Shown here in pieces: positions 59,418 to 64,000 of a stretch of 64,000 bases of DNA. The position numbers and the translations under genes are program-made. Position 1 is the first letter of the stretch. The number at the start of each line of letters is the position of its first letter. The notes under the pieces are model-generated. The model searched no databases, was not told the DNA's origin, and saw nothing but the letters and a program-made list of their open reading frames with translations. Origin of the DNA: Nymphaea colorata (Eukaryota); assembly GCF_008831285.2 (NCBI RefSeq), contig NC_045138.2, forward strand, positions 3,038,001-3,102,000, given 5' to 3'.

Positions 59418-60740
59418 TATATATCTTGAATTAAAGAACAATTGATGCTATAACAACAGCAAATTTCTTAGTGCGCCGAATTCAAGGAAACCTGCATTCA
59501 GCACAAGCATGGAATGAGTGAAGGAGAGAGAGAGAGAGAGAGGTAACGGCAACGATGTCAACTCGAAGACATTGTAGGTCAAGTTTCATCCAGTGATGTG
59601 ATCCTCATCAAATCTGGTACATCAAAACTTTGTTTTCTCTTTTGGTTATTTTTGGGTGAGCAGGAGGTTAACACTTTCATTTTTAATATCATTGTAGTCC
59701 TCGCCTCGATTTTCTCTTTTGGTTATTTCTGGGTGAGCAGGAGGTTAACAATCCATCCGACGTCGGAACCTATGTAGGGCATGGTGCAACCGTTTAGTAT
59801 TACCTACCAGTCAAGTCAGATGCGTGTAGGTCAAGACATGCATCGCTGTGCACCACATAATAAAACACTTAAAAAATATATGATCGAGAGGCACTTGACC
59901 TCATGCACACCTATCACTACAAGAATGTATATAATATGGTTCTGTTTGCGTGTAACTGTAAGCTAAACATAATATCATTTACATCTTCATCACCTAGTAA
60001 GTCACATCGCAACATTATTCCTTTTGATTAATTAATAAAACGTCTTCTCTCAACCGCACTATTTTATTTATTTAATTACTAAGCCAGGGTAAGAGCTGAC
60101 TCTTTCTCCTCCTCGCTAATGGTATATAAACTTCCAATGCACGATATACGATAGTATTTATCTATTATATATTTACTTTTCTCTCTCTCTATCTTAGGTG
60201 GTGTTTGGTTGTCTTGGATTTTACATCTGATGCTAACCTAGTGTGATCCATTATTTAAGAACAAGGGATCTCAGCAGCATAGATCTAAACTTGACTTGAA
60301 CTCGACTCGTTTATTAAGCGAGTCAAGTTCGAGTTCAAGTTAAGAAATGAAATCGACAACCTAAACGAGTCGAGCTCGAGTCAAGTTCGAGTTCCTTTCA
60401 AGACACGCGACTCGAGTTCAAACTGGCTCAACTCGACTCGAACTCGCTCATGAACAGCCCTGGTATTCACGCTATATCTCAAAAGTAAGTGTGGATCAGA
60501 AGGTTGGAAGACAAGGGGATCATAGCGAATGCAACTTTACGGAGGAAAAGTTATTATCCGATGGAAGTGGTAAGACAATCTTGAAAACTTCTTCAGGGGG
60601 CGCAACAGTGACAACTTGACTAGTCATGTAGATCAAGTGTCATCCATCATAGTTGTGTGATCTTCATCAAATCTGGTATATCAAAACTCTATTTTTCTTT
60701 TTTCGGCTCTCCTCAGGTGGCCACGGCCATGAGGTTAACA
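58416..60740. repeat. diverged local triplication
   Basis: Copy A 58416-59152, partial copy B 59331-59672, copy C 59923-60740. A and C share GAATGTATATAATAT; all three share AAAGTTATT, AATCTGGTAYATCAAAAC and GTTAACA. Confidence 0.85.
58934..59022. repeat. compound microsatellite (TA)n(GA)n
   Basis: Directly visible. Other long (TA)n tracts at 1132-1174 and 2565-2620. Confidence 0.95.
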
Positions 60741-61522
60741 ACCCACTGGCTACAAAAAACTAGTCAACTAGATCTCAGTCGGATCATCTCAGTCGGATAC
60801 CATCTACCTGTCAATTAGAGTGTTGTGATTGCACTGTTTACCGTACATGAAAATAGCACCCACATGTAACAAATAGGCGCAAGTCTTTTAAATGCCCGCC
60901 TACCCGATCAACTATGCAACGCCCCCTTCAGGCTTTCTTCTTATCTCTCTCAACATTGTTTACTAAATAATAGCCAGCAAAACTTAAGTTAAATTTTTGG
61001 CCATTCACGCCGAGTCGAGCCAGAGACTCGGCAGGTGTTCCACGTCCGTGACTCGGTGTGAGCTTCTTTGGGACACAAGTCATGAAGGACGCAATTGGTT
61101 TGGACCTAGGAACCAAAATCTGCATTTTTAGCTGGTTTGGATTTGATCTAGATCCAATTCTCTATATACTTGAGCTATCTAATATTCGGGGTGTCAGTTA
61201 CAAAACGACGGACATAGTGTTCCTGTTGCCAAACACCCTCTTAAAGGATGTCAATGGAATCGATTTATCCAATTAGTCCAGACGAGTTAAATCTGAAACC
61301 GGCAGGGGTCTGAATCCGAAAGCACGTCGAAACTGAGACAACTTCAGGTCGGTGGCCAGGTGGGGAAGTCCTGGTCTAGACTCGCACCCAATCAAACGAG
61401 GATTTGAAGTTTGCCATAAAAAAAAGTTGATTCTTTGAACTATTAAGTTCAGTAGTAGTTAATTCTATTCCAAAGAGTGCAATTCCCTGCACATTGTACC
61501 CTTAATTTTAAACAGCTTTCGA

Positions 61523-61974
61523 TAGGGGTGTCAAAAGATCGGATTTGGATCGGATATATCATTAATCATATCTGCTTTTTCATATATTCACATATTCAGA
61601 TTTGAATTCAGATTTGAATACAAATAAAGAAAAGTCATATCTGAATCTGAAATCCGAAATCCACTTTTACAATTTGAATCTGATCCGAATTCGATTTTTA
61701 TATTCATATCCAAATCCGAATCTGAATTTTGAACTAGATTTTACCAATTTTCAAAATGTAATAGCATTAGATACAAGATATTTATCTAAAAACGAATCCG
61801 ATCCAAATCTATATCTGAATTCAATCAGATATTTATGTATATCCGAATCTGATCGGATGCCATTTATTAATCAGATCTGATTTCTTAATCAAATATTAAT
61901 TTTTTTTTATATCCGATTTTTTCGGATGGATTCGGTCGAATATCCGGTTAAAATCGGATATATTGACATCCCTA
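61523..61974. mobile_element. hAT-like MITE with GGAT(T)CGGAT repeats
   Basis: TIRs TAGGGGTGTCAA / TTGACATCCCTA; subterminal ATCCGA/TCGGAT repeats. Confidence 0.8.
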
Positions 61975-62133
61975 ACTCTCAGGCAATGTGGCCTTATTAA
62001 AATTAGAAGTCAGCTAAAAATCCAACAAGACTTGCAATTATTTTATGTTTGGGCTTTCCCAGCTTTTCTTGCATATGGTTTCCTCGCAATACAATCAAAC
62101 AATTATTCAAAGTGTGTGCTCAACACATCCTCC

Positions 62134-62580
62134 TAGGGATGTCAATGAATGAGACTCAATTGCTTTAAAAATGTTGGTCCATTAAGAAATCCAGTCGAAT
62201 TAAATATAAGAAATGACATATGATCTGATTCAAATTCAGTTTGAAATAAATATGCGATCGGATTTGGATTCAAATTTTGATTCAGTTTTAACAAACATGC
62301 AATATCCAAGATTCTTACATTTTAAACGTCAGTTTTCAACATACATAATGTGGTTTAGATCCGCTTTGCATTTCAAAGTCGGATATGGATTTTAGTTGTG
62401 AATTCAAACATCATGATTTGGATCAGATACAGATTGAGAATTTAAAAGTTGGATTTAGATACGCCATAGATGATTCTTCATTTGCATCCGAATATAAATT
62501 CGATTCCAAGCACGTGAACATCGGATAAATAGCATATGGTAAAAAAACACATGTGATCCGAATCCATTTCCATTGTTCTA
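62134..62580. mobile_element. diverged copy of the same MITE family in opposite orientation
   Basis: Starts TAGGGATGTCAAT; the interior is collinear with 34965-35396. Confidence 0.65.
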
Positions 62581-62698
62581 ATCTATGCTACCCAGTAAGG
62601 CCGCTGAAGAGTTGGATTTTTTTTTTCGTTCTTATTATTTGTCACATCAAATCTGCACATATGTAAAGATAATACAAGGATCACCATAGTTTTCTTCT

Positions 62699-62804
<106 letters not shown>

Positions 62805-63108
62805 CACCTGGTCTTCTTCTTTGAGTTACGACCCGGACCCAGTGCCAGCACTTTAGGGGTGGGTCCAATTTTGGATCCATATGAGTCTAGAAAAGGTCCA
62901 ACCCGTTGCCATCCCAATGAAACCAGGGGAAAGGCTGCCTTGTCTGCTCAAACATGGACAAACAAGTACATAGTTCCCCTACAACCAGGTTAACCAGGGT
63001 TAACTTGGAGAAGAAATCTTGAAAAGTTGAAATTTATAGTAATTGAAACTGGTTCCTCAATTTTTTTTTGTCCATTTTGCAAAATAATTTGAACTTTTGG
63101 AGTGTATT

Positions 63109-63653
63109 TAGGGGTGAACAAGAGCTCGACTTGTTAAAGCTCGGCTTGTGAACGAGTTCGAGCCGAATCATTTGCTTAACAAGTCAAGCTCGAGTTCATG
63201 AGTCGGCTCGTTCATAACTGTCAAGTCAAGCTCGAGTTCATGAGTCGGCTCGTTCATAACTGTCAAGTCAAGCTCGAGCATTAATCGAGTTTGACGAGTC
63301 TTAATCAAGTCCATATATTCAAACGAGTTTACGAGTTTGATGAGCCTTAATCGAGTCGAGCTCAAGCTCAACATGTAACGTAACGATGAATAACAATTTT
63401 ATTCAAACGAGTTTGTCGAGCTTTAATCGAGTCGATCTCGAGCTCAACATATAACGATGAATATCAATTTTATTCTAATGAGTTTGTCAAGCCTTAATCA
63501 AGCTCGAGCTCAACACGTAACTGTCGAGTCCAGTTCGAGATGCTTCCATCGAGCTATTCTCGAGCTCGAGCCGAGCGAAGCTCGATGATTCATTAGTCGA
63601 GCCAAGCTCGAACTGACTGAACTCGGGCTCGACTCGGCTCGTGTTCACCCATA
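63109..63653. mobile_element. hAT MITE with 8-bp TSD
   Basis: TIRs TAGGGGTGAACA / TGTTCACCCATA; TSD AGTGTATT (63101-63108) / AGTGTATC (63654-63661). Confidence 0.88.
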
Positions 63654-64000
63654 AGTGTATCAGATCTGTTTTCGAAGTGATGTCACTGCTATGATTCAAC
63701 TTGCATATCAGTGTTCCCCTCTTAATACACATGAAGTTGGCGCCTTAGAAGCTTAAAATAAAGACTGACCACCTACCAGTCATGCGGTATTCATTGTGAC
63801 AACTCCTTTCATTACAACCAACAGTAATGATCCAAATCAAATAAAGGGTTTTTTGAAATTATATATCTGGAAAAACACGTCCATATCAAAACTTACATCC
63901 TTGTCATATACCGTTGTCAGCCCAGCTTTACTTTGGTCATCACTATTTCTAGGGATGCAAATGGATCTGATAGATCCAATAGTTGATCCGATTTTTCGTG

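Noticed and set aside
63181..63510. CRISPR-like appearance of repeated blocks
   Set aside because: Eukaryotic context, no unique spacers, and enclosed by hAT TIRs and a TSD.

Overview
AT-rich eukaryotic nuclear DNA from a flowering plant (species not determinable from sequence alone). Most entries in the ORF track are spurious or are single exons. By joining exons by hand at splice sites I reconstruct seven protein-coding genes: (1) a 133-aa uncharacterised protein (+, 4547-8458); (2) a DUF1442 protein (-, 8872-10306); (3) 60S ribosomal protein L7a/eL8 (+, 19702-22479); (4) a PHD-SWIB-Plus3-GYF (NERD/At5g08430-like) protein (+, 25903-33658); (5) an intronless secreted DUF538 protein (+, 36471-36956); (6) a tonoplast-type calcineurin B-like protein of the CBL2/3 class (-, 40104-44645); (7) a BC10-like/DUF266 glycosyltransferase (-, 51764-54842). 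Intergenic and intronic DNA holds many MITEs (hAT-type with 8-bp TSDs, one Tourist with TAA TSD), degenerate LINE, Copia and hAT relics, microsatellites and local duplications. I see no new multi-gene system. The most interesting signals are: a minor-spliceosome (U12) intron that keeps frame only with rare AT-AA termini; a new symmetric exon apparently created by a tandem duplication in the same gene; a ~540-nt foldback in an intron of that gene; and a short uORF plus an overlapping out-of-frame uORF in the CBL leader.
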